Source: a virus. Taken from it: DNA of 64,000 nucleotides. A program made the position numbers and the translations under genes. Positions 9,618 to 20,600 of this stretch are shown piece after piece. The notes under the pieces were generated by a model that was given only the letters and a program-made list of their open reading frames with translations, searched no databases and was not told the DNA's origin. Numbering within the stretch: the first letter of the stretch is position 1; every line of letters starts with the position of its first letter. Location of the stretch: IMG/VR virus record IMGVR_UViG_3300032315_000979, positions 44,688-108,687 of that record, one strand, 5' to 3'.

Positions 9618-10028
9618 ATGCCAATTAGCGTCTATTCTATAAACACTTATCTTAAGGCAGATACTACTCTGGCTAATATTGCTGGAAAAGTTATGAACTT
9701 TTTTCCAGTAATTGGCTACAGCACAGAAACAGCTCCTTTTGTAATTTACTATTACAATCCACATATCCCATCTGTTGAGTCATACTGGAACAGGTATGAC
9801 GCAATTAGGTATTCTATTTATGATTCGGATGTTGACAGGTTATTTCAAATCTCAGAAAGATTAATCAAACTCCTTGGAGAAGGAGATCAGATTCAAGGAA
9901 ATGTTGCCAGTTCAAGCGTAAGAGTTCTTAGCTCACAACTGGTATCAAGTTCTTTGTCAGAGCCTATTGAGAAAGAAGGTTGGTACCAAATGGACCTTGA
10001 TTTCTCGCTGTTCTCAGTGAGCCTCTGA
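9618..10028 (+). CDS. tail terminator protein
   Basis: 136 aa, APFVIY motif, just upstream of major tail protein. Confidence 0.55.
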   Translation: MPISVYSINTYLKADTTLANIAGKVMNFFPVIGYSTETAPFVIYYYNPHIPSVESYWNRYDAIRYSIYDSDVDRLFQISERLIKLLGEGDQIQGNVASSSVRVLSSQLVSSSLSEPIEKEGWYQMDLDFSLFSVSL

Positions 10029-10036
10029 TATATTTG

Positions 10037-10045
10037 TGGTATCAT
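10037..10045 (+). promoter_or_regulatory. extended -10 promoter (near-leaderless)
   Basis: TGGTATCAT, 8 nt before ATG 10054. Confidence 0.55.
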
Positions 10046-10053
10046 AAAAGTAT

Positions 10054-10248
10054 ATGAAGTATAATGTAATTACATACATCGGCAAGACTCCAGGGTTTTC
10101 CGTGAAACTAGGTAAAGAGGTTTATGAGTTTGAGTGGCAAAAAGGCGTAGGAATAGGTCGCCGCTCAGATGAAATAAAATTAGATCACGCCGTGAAGATT
10201 TCTAAATGGCGAGATCGCAAGGGCAAGAAAATATTTGTCCTTGAATAA
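10054..10248 (+). CDS. small basic hypothetical protein
   Basis: 64-aa ORF filling the gap before the major tail gene, with its own promoter-like motif. Confidence 0.65.
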   Translation: MKYNVITYIGKTPGFSVKLGKEVYEFEWQKGVGIGRRSDEIKLDHAVKISKWRDRKGKKIFVLE

Positions 10249-10263
10249 CAGGAGGATAGTAAA

Positions 10264-10842
10264 ATGGCAGTAACAACTTCCAATATCGTAGTTGGTGAGG
10301 CTTCAGTAAAGACTGGTGCTTCTAACATTACGATGACGAATGCAGATTTTGATAGCTTGACAGATGTGGGCGCAACCCAAGGTGGTCTTGAAATTTCGTG
10401 GGAACCAGACATGGTTGACATTGAAATTGACCAGTACGGTGACGCAGCAAAGGTCATTCAGTCAAAGGTGAAAGTAATGGTTAAGACAACCCTTGCAGAA
10501 GGAACTCTTAATAACCTTGCAACAGCATGGAGCTATGACAATACAACTGGTGGAAATGACATCAAAGCAAACAATGATGGCGCAAACACCAAGACCTTGT
10601 TGTTCGGTTCGCAGAGCGTGTACCCATACGAGTACGCAATCCAAGTAACTGGATATGCCCCAGGTTCAACAGCAGCAGTGACAAAGACACGCAAGTTTAA
10701 CACTAAGCGAGCAGTGTCAATGACCACTTCAATGCTATCAATGAAGAGAGCAGAAGCTTCAGTTTTTGAAGTTTCGTTCCGTGTTCTTCCAGTAGTCGGT
10801 GACACTGGTTACGAATATGGCAAGATCATTGACCAAAGCTAA
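10264..10842 (+). CDS. major tail (tube) protein
   Basis: NIVVG, DVGATQGG, KTTLAEGTLNNL, EVSFRVLP, EYGKIID; AGGAGG RBS; upstream of chaperone and TMP. Confidence 0.85.
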   Translation: MAVTTSNIVVGEASVKTGASNITMTNADFDSLTDVGATQGGLEISWEPDMVDIEIDQYGDAAKVIQSKVKVMVKTTLAEGTLNNLATAWSYDNTTGGNDIKANNDGANTKTLLFGSQSVYPYEYAIQVTGYAPGSTAAVTKTRKFNTKRAVSMTTSMLSMKRAEASVFEVSFRVLPVVGDTGYEYGKIIDQS

Positions 10843-10865
10843 TTAAAACCAAAAGTTTGTACTAA

Positions 10866-10916
10866 GCGAAAACTCCTGAGAGTCGGTATGATATACTGAA
10901 ACTTGGGAGTTTTTGC
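10866..10916 (+). terminator. hairpin after the major tail gene with a -10 box in its loop
   Basis: GCGAAAACTCCTGAG ... CTTGGGAGTTTTTGC pair (with G-U); loop holds TGATATACT at 10889-10897. Confidence 0.55.
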
Positions 10917-10954
10917 ATTATTCCCACTATTATAAAACAAGGAGCACATAAAAA

Positions 10955-11263
10955 ATGGCAACAAATACTGATCTGTTTAAGGGTACTGAGATTACATTTT
11001 CTGATGGAAAGAAGAGAATCGTAAAGCCTTTGACAATTAAGCACCTTCGTGAATTCATGAAGGTTGCAAACGATATGAAGTCCAATGATGAAGCTGGAAT
11101 GACTGATGAGGACATTGATAAGATGATCGCAGCAGCCTCAATCGCACTGAGAAAGGCTGATCCAGAGTTGGCTGCAAATCGTGATTTGCTTGAAGACATT
11201 CTTGACCTTAGAACATTTGGTGAAGTAATGGCTGCAGCAATGGGTAACGACCCAAACCAATAA
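10955..11263 (+). CDS. tail assembly chaperone (G-like)
   Basis: IVKPLTIKHLREFMK; between tail tube and TMP; ends in a slippery site. Confidence 0.8.
   Translation: MATNTDLFKGTEITFSDGKKRIVKPLTIKHLREFMKVANDMKSNDEAGMTDEDIDKMIAAASIALRKADPELAANRDLLEDILDLRTFGEVMAAAMGNDPNQ
11251..11257 (+). other. -1 programmed ribosomal frameshift heptamer C CCA AAC
   Basis: X XXY YYZ in the correct register; the -1 frame is open and continuous with ORF 11290..11586. Confidence 0.85.
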
Positions 11264-11586
11264 ACGGGGATGGCGAGGGTGGTGAACCCTTGTCATGGAA
11301 TGAGATTCCCCTTCTCAAATATGAATCAGAAATATTTGTACAGGTCGGTGCATGGAAAAATCTAGAGGAGTTAGAGGAATCTCTAATCCTTCATGAGATG
11401 TTTCTATTGTACCGAGCTTGTACCAATGAATTCAGTAAGAATATCAAAGCACTCGCCTTGGCTCAAGGCGCTGATGTTGACTTTGAAGATGACTGGTACT
11501 CGCCAGAAGATAGAGTACCAGATGAGCCAATGAGACCATTTGAAGTAATGAACTTCGGCATTCCATTGGGATATCAAGCAGATTAA
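11251..11586 (+). CDS. tail assembly chaperone frameshift extension (GT-like)
   Basis: -1 frame reads PINGDGEGGEPLSWNEIPLLKY...; the annotated TTG start at 11290 is weak. Confidence 0.8.
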   Translation, partial: PKPINGDGEGGEPLSWNEIPLLKYESEIFVQVGAWKNLEELEESLILHEMFLLYRACTNEFSKNIKALALAQGADVDFEDDWYSPEDRVPDEPMRPFEVMNFGIPLGYQAD

Positions 11587-11634
11587 TGATTGCTGATTAT
11601 CTAAAAAAATGGGATAATATTTGTTGGTACAAAC

Positions 11635-14600
11635 ATGTCTGATGTTGATCTAATAATTAATGTACATACTAATGGCGTTAAGGATATTACTAACCTTAGT
11701 GCTGCCACTAGAGCCTTAGCCCTCAATCTAAGGGGTATTACAGTACCAATGAGCAAGCTTGATGCTCACAGCCGAGCTGTGAACAAAGCTCTTGGAATGA
11801 CAAACAGAAGCATGAATGATCATGCAAAGACTGCCAAGCAGATGATTGCAAATCAGAAGGCTCTGAGTGCAGAAACTAAGCGTGTTCAATCAAACATCAA
11901 GTCATACGCTATGGCTATTCAATCAGCTGGTGGTACAACCACAGCGTTTGGTAGAGAGCTGATCCAAAGCAGGAATGAATTAAAGCAATTTAGTTCAACC
12001 CTAAGAGGCTTGCGAATTAGAGCATTTGGCTCAGACCTTGGTTCAATATCACTAAAACTACAACGAATTGGTAAAGACGCACAGTTTGTTGGTAGAAGCT
12101 TGATGATTAACCTCACAGCTCCAATCCTTCTATTTGCAAGAATGGGCTTCCAGAGCTTGTTGAAGGTTGATGAGCAATTTGTAAGATTGACAAAGGTTCT
12201 TGAAGGCGTTGCTATGACAACCGATCAAGCAAACTCAAAGCTTAAAGATTATCTTGGTCCAGACAAGGAGAAGAGAGTCAAGCAAATGACCGACTCCTTT
12301 AGAGAACTAAATACCGCTTTGACCGAGCAAAGCGCAAGATTCGGTGTCGCAAAAGATTTAGTAGTTAGTCTGGCTGTTGATTTTGCAGAACTTGGTGTTA
12401 CTGCAAATGAAAATATTGTAGCACTTACTGAATTAGCATTAGCTGCAGAAAAATTGGGAGGAATGGATGCATCTGGTGCGCAAGATCTATCCTCAGCCTT
12501 GTTCTTTAATGCAACGAGAGCATACGAGGTTGCTGGTGCATTTGATGATGTAACAACAGCTGCTGAGCGTGAATCTAAAGCTATAGCGTCAGCAACAGTT
12601 CAGCTCAACATGTTCAACACAATTGAAAATGTCACCGCACTTTCATTGAAAGACCTTGCTGATTCACTACCTGAACTTGGAGGTATGGCGCTAAGTTTCG
12701 GACTATCAATGACAGAAGCAGCCGCTCTGCTTGCACCAATGAAGGCTGCTGGTTTTGATATTGGCGCATCTGCAAACTCAATTAAAGTATCTTTGCAAAG
12801 AGCAATTGTTCCAACTAAGCAAAATGTTGAACTACTAGCAAAACTTTCTAAGCAATATGGTGTTACTGGCAAATCTGGTAACGCATTTAGCGAATCAACA
12901 AAGACTGGTCTAACAGGACTTCAAGCTATTGTTGATATTTTTGGAAAAGTTGTTGAAGGTGGAAAAAACACTGAAGCTGGACTGAAACTGATGTCTGAAA
13001 TATTTGAAAAGCGTCAGGGTCCAAGAATGTATGTTGCTATTGAACAATTGAATCAGTTTGATGCTGCTTTGAAAAATGTTAATGCTAATCAATCACCAGA
13101 AAGATTGATGGCAGGTGTTGCTGAAGCATCCATTAGAGCCTTTAATAAACTTAACGGCACAGCACTCCCAGAAACAATAAGTCAGTTTAGTGATATTGGT
13201 GTTATCGCAAGAATTGCTACTGCTGAAGTTGGAGCATTAGTTGATGGGTTTAAAGGCAAAGGTGCAGGCGGTGGTATTACAGCAGCAGAAAAGAAAGGTG
13301 CTATGGAGGCACGAGATGCTGTAGCCAAGCTGATTAAAGAGAAGAAATTAAATGAAGATATTGACTTAATCAGCCAAGTTAAAACACAGGCTGGTCGTGC
13401 TCTGCTTGTTGAGCTTGCAGGTGCATCTGGCGCTGCGGATGTAGCAAACATGGAATTAGAGCAGTCATTGAAATCTCTTTCGGTTGCTACTCAGAGAATA
13501 AAGATTGCATTTAAAAACTTTGCTGCAGATGTGCTTAGAAATGTAGCTCCATCACTAAAGAAGTTGTCTGATACGATCAACAGTCTTTATCTAAAATGGC
13601 AAGCACTAAGTGACACAACAAGAGAAAGAATATCCAAATTAATTCTTGGCTTCCTCGGTTTCTTAGCAGTAATGGCACCAGTAATTCTTGCATTAGGAAC
13701 AATGCAATCATCTATCGGTGTGCTTGGAAGAACCGCTACATTCTTCTTACCGAAGCTAAAGAATTTTGAAGGTGGTCTTGTAGGAATTGCTGGTGGAGCA
13801 AAGAAAGCAACCACGGCAATGACAGATATGTATAACAGTTTCCTTGGCAAGAAACAACCACTTTCTATGCTTCCAAGTTTTGCACCTGCTGGCGGTACAG
13901 CATCATCAATGATTGGTATGCCAACAAGAGTTGGTCGCAACATCACACTCCCTGGCAATATTGCTCCAACCCCAACACCACTAACTGGACTTACAGGCGC
14001 TGCTAGAACAAGTGCCATCAATGCAAACAGAGCAGCGAGGCTTTCTCATGCAGCAACAGGAAGACTGGGTGTAGATCAGTATCTTAGAAATGAAGCAAGT
14101 ATGCTTTCTGCTAATAATATGCGACTTAATGCTCGTGGTCGTGTAATTGGTCCAAGGGGTGGTTTTGTTGGTGGTAACATTCTTGGAAAAATTTCTGAAG
14201 CATCAGTATTAAGAGAAGCCGCTCTTGCGGATTCTGGAATCTCTAGAACAATGTCTGGAGGCGCAAGGCTTGCTACAAAGAGAGGCTTTGTAGATGTTAC
14301 TGAAGACAGAGCATTAAGAATTGCTCGTGGTGGTATTGGTGGTGCAATAGCAAGAAGAACAGCGGCGCTTCCTGGTTTGGCTGATTCATTTACTTCAGCT
14401 ACTGGCGTAACAGGAAGAGGTTTTGCAAGAGGAATGCTACCTACCCGTGGAGGGATCGCAACTGGTGCAGGAAATGTTAGAGGTTTAGCGTCAGCTGCAT
14501 TTAACGCTGGTCCAGTTGCTGCTTACACAAAGTCGGTGCAAGGTGCTAAAGCTGCAGTTCAAGCAATGAAGATTGAACAGATGGCTTTGGGTGGTAGCGC

Positions 14601-17600
14601 TGGAAAAATTAGAACAATGTCAACTGCAATGACTGGTTTTATGAAAGCTACAAAGCTTGGAACGGTTGCTCTTAAGTTAATGAAGATTGCTTTGATATCA
14701 ACTGGTATTGGCGCAATCATGCTGGGCATCGGTGTTGCTGTTTATATCATTGTTAAAAACTTTAGTGCTTTTAAAGATAAAGCATCTAATGCAATACTAA
14801 GAGTCAAGAACGCATGGGCAATATTTAAAGAATCTATTGGGATGCTAATTCAGCCTTTTGTAGATTTGTTTTCAATAATCGGTGGTGGTTCTAAGAAAGG
14901 TGGAGATGCTGTTGGCGGTCTTGCAAGCGCATTTGATTTAGTTGGGAAAGTACTACAGAAAGTAGCTTCTTGGTTTAAGATGCTGGTTGAAAACTTTATT
15001 CAGCCATATCTGTACATGATTATTGATATTGTAATGTTTGTTGTTTCAATATTCCAAGGCAACTGGGGTAAAGCTTTTGATTACCTTGTTGCCGCTACCT
15101 CTGGTGCAGTAAAGATTGTTATTAAGTTAATTGCCGCTTTGCTAAAAGGAATGGTGTGGATCACCGCTGGTGGAATTAAGTTGATAATCGGATACTTTAC
15201 ACTAATTCCAAAAGCTGTTGCTAAAGTGTTTAGTTTCCTTGAAAGAATTCCAGGTGTTGGTGGAATATTTGGATGGATTGGTGACAGTATCAATTTCGTT
15301 ATTGACGGTCTTTATGGATTGGTTGATGCGGGTAAAAATGCTGCTAGTGGTGCCATTGATGCAGTAGCTAACGCAGCAACTGGATTGCTAGATAAGGGCG
15401 TATCTAAGGGTATCAGCTCAGCCGAGGGTAAAATCAGTAATGATACAAAGATTAAAGACGCAGCAGAAGAAACTGGTGAAGAAGCTGGCGAAATCATGGG
15501 TAACTCCTTTGGTGATGGCTTTGAAGAGTCTGACGCTACTGGAAAAATTGCAAAAGCCATTGAAGAGGGCATTGTTGATGCCATTCAGAAACTTCAAGAT
15601 TATGTTGCTGGAGAGATGGCAGATGCATTAACTAAGTTTGTAGATGCATCCGTTAAGGCTCTTGAAAAGCAAAAAACATCTGCTCTAAAAGTATTTGATG
15701 TCCAAATCAAAACACTTGGTAAGCTTGAAAAAGCAGAAGAATCGCTTACCAAGAAGAAAGAATACGAAAATAATAGAAGAAAGATTATTGACAACCAAGC
15801 TCTTAGTAATGAGCAGTTCCGTAGAAACTATGCATTGGCTGTTTATGAAGGTCGTGTTGATGACGCAAGAATGCTACAGCTTCAGCAGAGCGCTGATGAA
15901 AAAGGATTTAGTAGTGACCTTTTAACAATTGAGCAAGAAAGGTCAAAGGATCTCGCAAAAGAAAACCTTGATGCTCTCAAGGAAGCTATTAACGAAGCAA
16001 AAGATGCAGCTTCATTATTCTTTGAAGAATCAATTGCTAAGTTCCAAGAGTCTGCTGCTCTAATTACAAAGGTTGCACCAGTTACTGTTGAACAATATAC
16101 GGCGCAACTACAAGAACTTCAAACATTAACAGAAACAAACGCTACCAATATGAATACAACATTTGGTGCGATGTTTGAAATTTTTGCAACCACAATTGCA
16201 GACAAGATGCCAAACAAGGTTATTGGACCATTTGCAACAAATCTTGACGAACTTGTATTAGTAGCAAAAGAAAAATTTGGTCTTGGATCTGATAAGAGTG
16301 AAAACACTGTAATTGGTATTACTATCGGAATGCTCGCTGGAATGGGAGTACAGTTTGGTGAAGGAAAGCAATTAGTAATTGATTCGTTCGGTGTAATAAC
16401 ATCTGGTCTCGCTCAAAACTTTACGGATATGAAGACCAAGTTCTTGGATGAGGTTAAGAGCGATTTCATTACAAACTTTAAGAAGGCACTGGATGAAGCA
16501 GAGCCAACAAAGGTTTTCAATCAAGCAATCATTGATGGAAACCTAAGCATCCTTAGAAGCTTCCAGAACATGGTGGATCTAAACCCAGCACTGATGGAGA
16601 AGTTAAGAAAGAGTCTTGATCCAGCAATTAATAAATACCTTGAACTAAAAGCAGCCGCAGATGCAGCAAAAGATGCAGCAGGAGCTGCAGCAGACGCAGC
16701 AGCAGGCGGTGGGGGCGGTGGTGGTGGAGGTGGAGGCACTGGTTCCCAACCAGGACCAGGAACACCTGCAGGTGGAAGAGCAGATGCATTTGCAAGAAAT
16801 AATGAACTCAGAGCTGCCAGAAATCTAAGAGCACTTACATATCAAGAATTTATTGGAAATTACAAGGGCTTCAAGAAGGGTGGAATAATTCCATCAAGAA
16901 CGCAAAATCAAAATCAAGGGTATCCAGAGGGCTTCATCCCAGCTCCAACACAAGAAGGTGTACCAACGCTTCTTCATGGTGGAGAATACATTCTTAATGC
17001 GAAGGCGGTTTCAAGAATCGGTGTAGGTGCTTTGAATAAGATGAATAATAACCTTATTCCAAAATTCCTTAAGGGTGGTCAGGTTCCAGGTGGAAAGAAA
17101 GGTACAGCTTCAAACACAAGAGGAACGGCAGATCGTCTTGAACAGAAAGTTACCAATAAAACATCTGCTTCGCCAAGTTCATTAAAAGCTCCAATAGACT
17201 TGTCAAAAATTCAAGGCGTTACTTTAAAACCGACTACACCTGTTAGTCCAAAAATTCCAGGAATTGCAACACCTGGTCACACCTATAGCTCCTCAGAGAT
17301 AAAAAAACTTACAATGCGACCAAACACTTATTTGGTTCCAGCCCCATCTTTCACATCCCCTGGAACTAAACAAGCGCCTAAAGAGTTCTTCCAAGTTGCA
17401 ACAAGACAAGAAGCGCTTTCTTATGCACAAATAAAAATGCAAAATGATGCTAAGGCAGCACAAAGAGCAGAGCAAGAAAAGTGGACAACATGGGAAAGAT
17501 TTATTGGTCAAAACACAGTTAATGGGGTCTCAACAATAGGTGGTCCATATAAACAATCGGGTATTGCAAGTGCAATTGAAAAATTCCCACTCGCAGGACT

Positions 17601-20600
17601 TCTTGTAAAAGATCTTGCTGTTGAATCAGCTAAGTCATTTGGAAGAACATTTTCTGGAAGCAATGCTCGTCAGTATTTAAACTTCGGCTCGGAAGGTCCA
17701 GGAATAACAGGTCGTTTGTTGATGGGCGCAGAGGATATTCTTAATATCATCAGCGCAGCTCAAATAACAAAGCCGTTTACAGAGCCTCTCAGAATGCCTC
17801 TTACTGCGGTTTTGAAGAAAAGAGGACTTGCTGAGGCATCAAGTGTTTGGCAAGAAGCAACTGGAACTAGTTTTATAAGTCAACTTGAAACAATGGCTGG
17901 TGGTAATACATTTAAGGGTCTTCAAACTCAGGGTCGCATATTAACACAACTTGAAGCTAGAACATGGGATGAAGGTCTTTTCACGCTAGATAAGTTTATT
18001 AAAGAACAAGCTCGTATAAAATTGATGCAAGGCGCTGCAATTGATACAACCCTTGCTTCAACCGCTGCTTCAACCGCTGGGGTAAGAGGTGTTGGTTCAA
18101 ATATACTTAGCAGTAATCCAAGAATGCTGTCATTGAATGCTGGTAAGCAAATTAAGATTTCTATGGGTGCTAGAGGTGTAGATCTTTCTAACATGATTGA
18201 ATCTGGAGTCATAGATTCCACCCTTGCTAGTGGAAGTGGTTACATTAGTAATCAAAAATTCTTGTCTGAGCTTGGAATAATTAATCCAGAATACAGTAGT
18301 TATAACTCTACCAGAAGTAGGATGCAAACACCTGATGGTGTACTAAAAGGAAATATTAACTATGGATATGCAAGATTAGCTGATGATTTTGCAACAGCAG
18401 CTAATTATAGAGAGTTCCACATGAATATTGGTGAGGCTGGGGCGCTTTATATGAATGAAACTGGTGCTTGGAGAAGAAATATACAAGGTGAGCTTGACAA
18501 GATTCTTGGTGGTGCAATTATTAATTTGAAACCAAGTGCTGCTATGACATACACTCAGGGCGACAGTTATAACATGTTCTTAAGAAGTTTACTTACTAGC
18601 AATAATCCAGCACAAAATCTACCACAATACCTTGGTGATATTCCTTTAGTTGCTGAATATGGTGATAAATTAATTGCTGATGCTGCTGGTAACTATACTG
18701 AAGTTCAATTCCCATCAATCCCATTTGATGGTTCAGCAATTGAATCCATAATTCTAAGCAGAGAAAATTTAATGCAATATTATTCACCACCTGGCACAGT
18801 AAATCAAAGTGGTTGGGGTAGTCAATATTTATCAATTGCTGGACCACAAGAGCAATTAGTAATGCAAAGAGAGCTTGCAAAGCAATTAGCAGCTCGTGGT
18901 ATTGATGTTAAAACTGGTTTAGATGATTTAATATTCAATGAGAACTATACTAATGCAACTAGAACAGTTAAATTTGATCCAGTTCCTCTCCATCAAATTC
19001 CGCAAGATGAATTTGACAAGATGCTACTCAGTATTACACAGAAGTTAAGAGCAGATCAAGGCTTGCCATCAATACCACAAGATGTTATCACATCTGACAC
19101 ATTTAATATTAAATCAATACAAGACGGAATCAAGGGGTTCATTGCTAACTATAGAACAGCAAACTCATTACTATCAATGCCAACAGAGAGTGTTAGCGCT
19201 GCATTGAATACATCTATTTTTGAAAGTGCTGGTGGAAGACTTGCAGGAGGCTTAAATCGTGTTAGAGGAGCTTTTTTTGGACCTAGATCTGGCAGTTCAG
19301 TTAGTCGTTTAGAAAGTTTAGATATCACACCAGATGCTGCTTTCAAAGATTCTCGTGGACTTTATAATGCTGGAAATATTGGTGCGTATATACAAAAAAT
19401 GTATAGTTATGGATTTAGTTCAACAACTAGGTCATCAATATTGGAGGACTTAGTTGGAAGTGCAGACATGTCCCTTAATGTTGCTAGAGGCTATACATCA
19501 CCTGCATACTATGCATCACGACCATTCTTTCCAGAAACAGGTAATGTTCCAGGAGTAGGTATGGCTCGGTCTTTTATTGGTGATCCTAATGGAATATCTA
19601 CTGGAATTGGTTTGACTAATCTTCAGGTTGCAGCAAGAGAATACATTTTAAAAAATATTGATCTTGCTGCATCAGAAAACGCTAATCTACTAAGTGATTT
19701 ATTGTCAATTATTCAGGGCGATATGTCTGGAAGTGCTTTAGATAGTGGTTCAATTCAAGATTTTGCTTATGGAATTAGAAATAACAGCAATATTAATACA
19801 TCTACTTTTAATAACATGACACCATCTTTGTGGATTCAAACTAGACATGCTATGAGTGATATTTCACTAGGTCAATTAGGTTGGAATACACCAGAGAATT
19901 TATCATTATTTGATGATGTTTATCAAAAATATTTTGAATCATACATAAATACTGCAAATACATTAAGTGCCATTGGGTTTTCAGAATATGGAGATGAATT
20001 CCCACTACAAGGAATATCTTTCACAGATTTCTCTAGAAATTTTAAAGTTTCATTAGGCAAAGTTGCCGAGATGGATCCTAATGACATGATTGTTCAATTA
20101 CTACAGGCTGGAGATACGGCAGGAGCTGCATTTGAACTTAAAGCTCGTGTATTTCGTAATATAGCTAGTGAATTTGATATTCCTGGCAATGAAATAACAT
20201 CATATGATATATTGGGCGGTTATTCAGATACTGGTCGTCTTAACCTTAGAAGGACAATTAGTCCTGCTCATGAAAAGAGTTGGTTCTTTAAACTAAAAGA
20301 TAATGCATCTATCTTAGATGAAGTTGGGAATCAAATACCTAACGGTTACTCTCTATCGGCACTAGTAAATTCTAGAATTGGTAATATGCCTACATCTATC
20401 TTCAGCAGAGATGCTGCTTCAGTGGTAGGAAGACGAAATAATGGTACATACACTGGAGTATTTAATGAGTTTATGTCAAATTCTATGGCAGCAAGCGGTG
20501 CTGCTCCTAATTCTTCAAATTTTTATGATGAGATTAACGAAATAAGAGATAGGTTGGGAACTTTTCATCCCCTTAATGTATCTAGAGATGTAATGCCACT

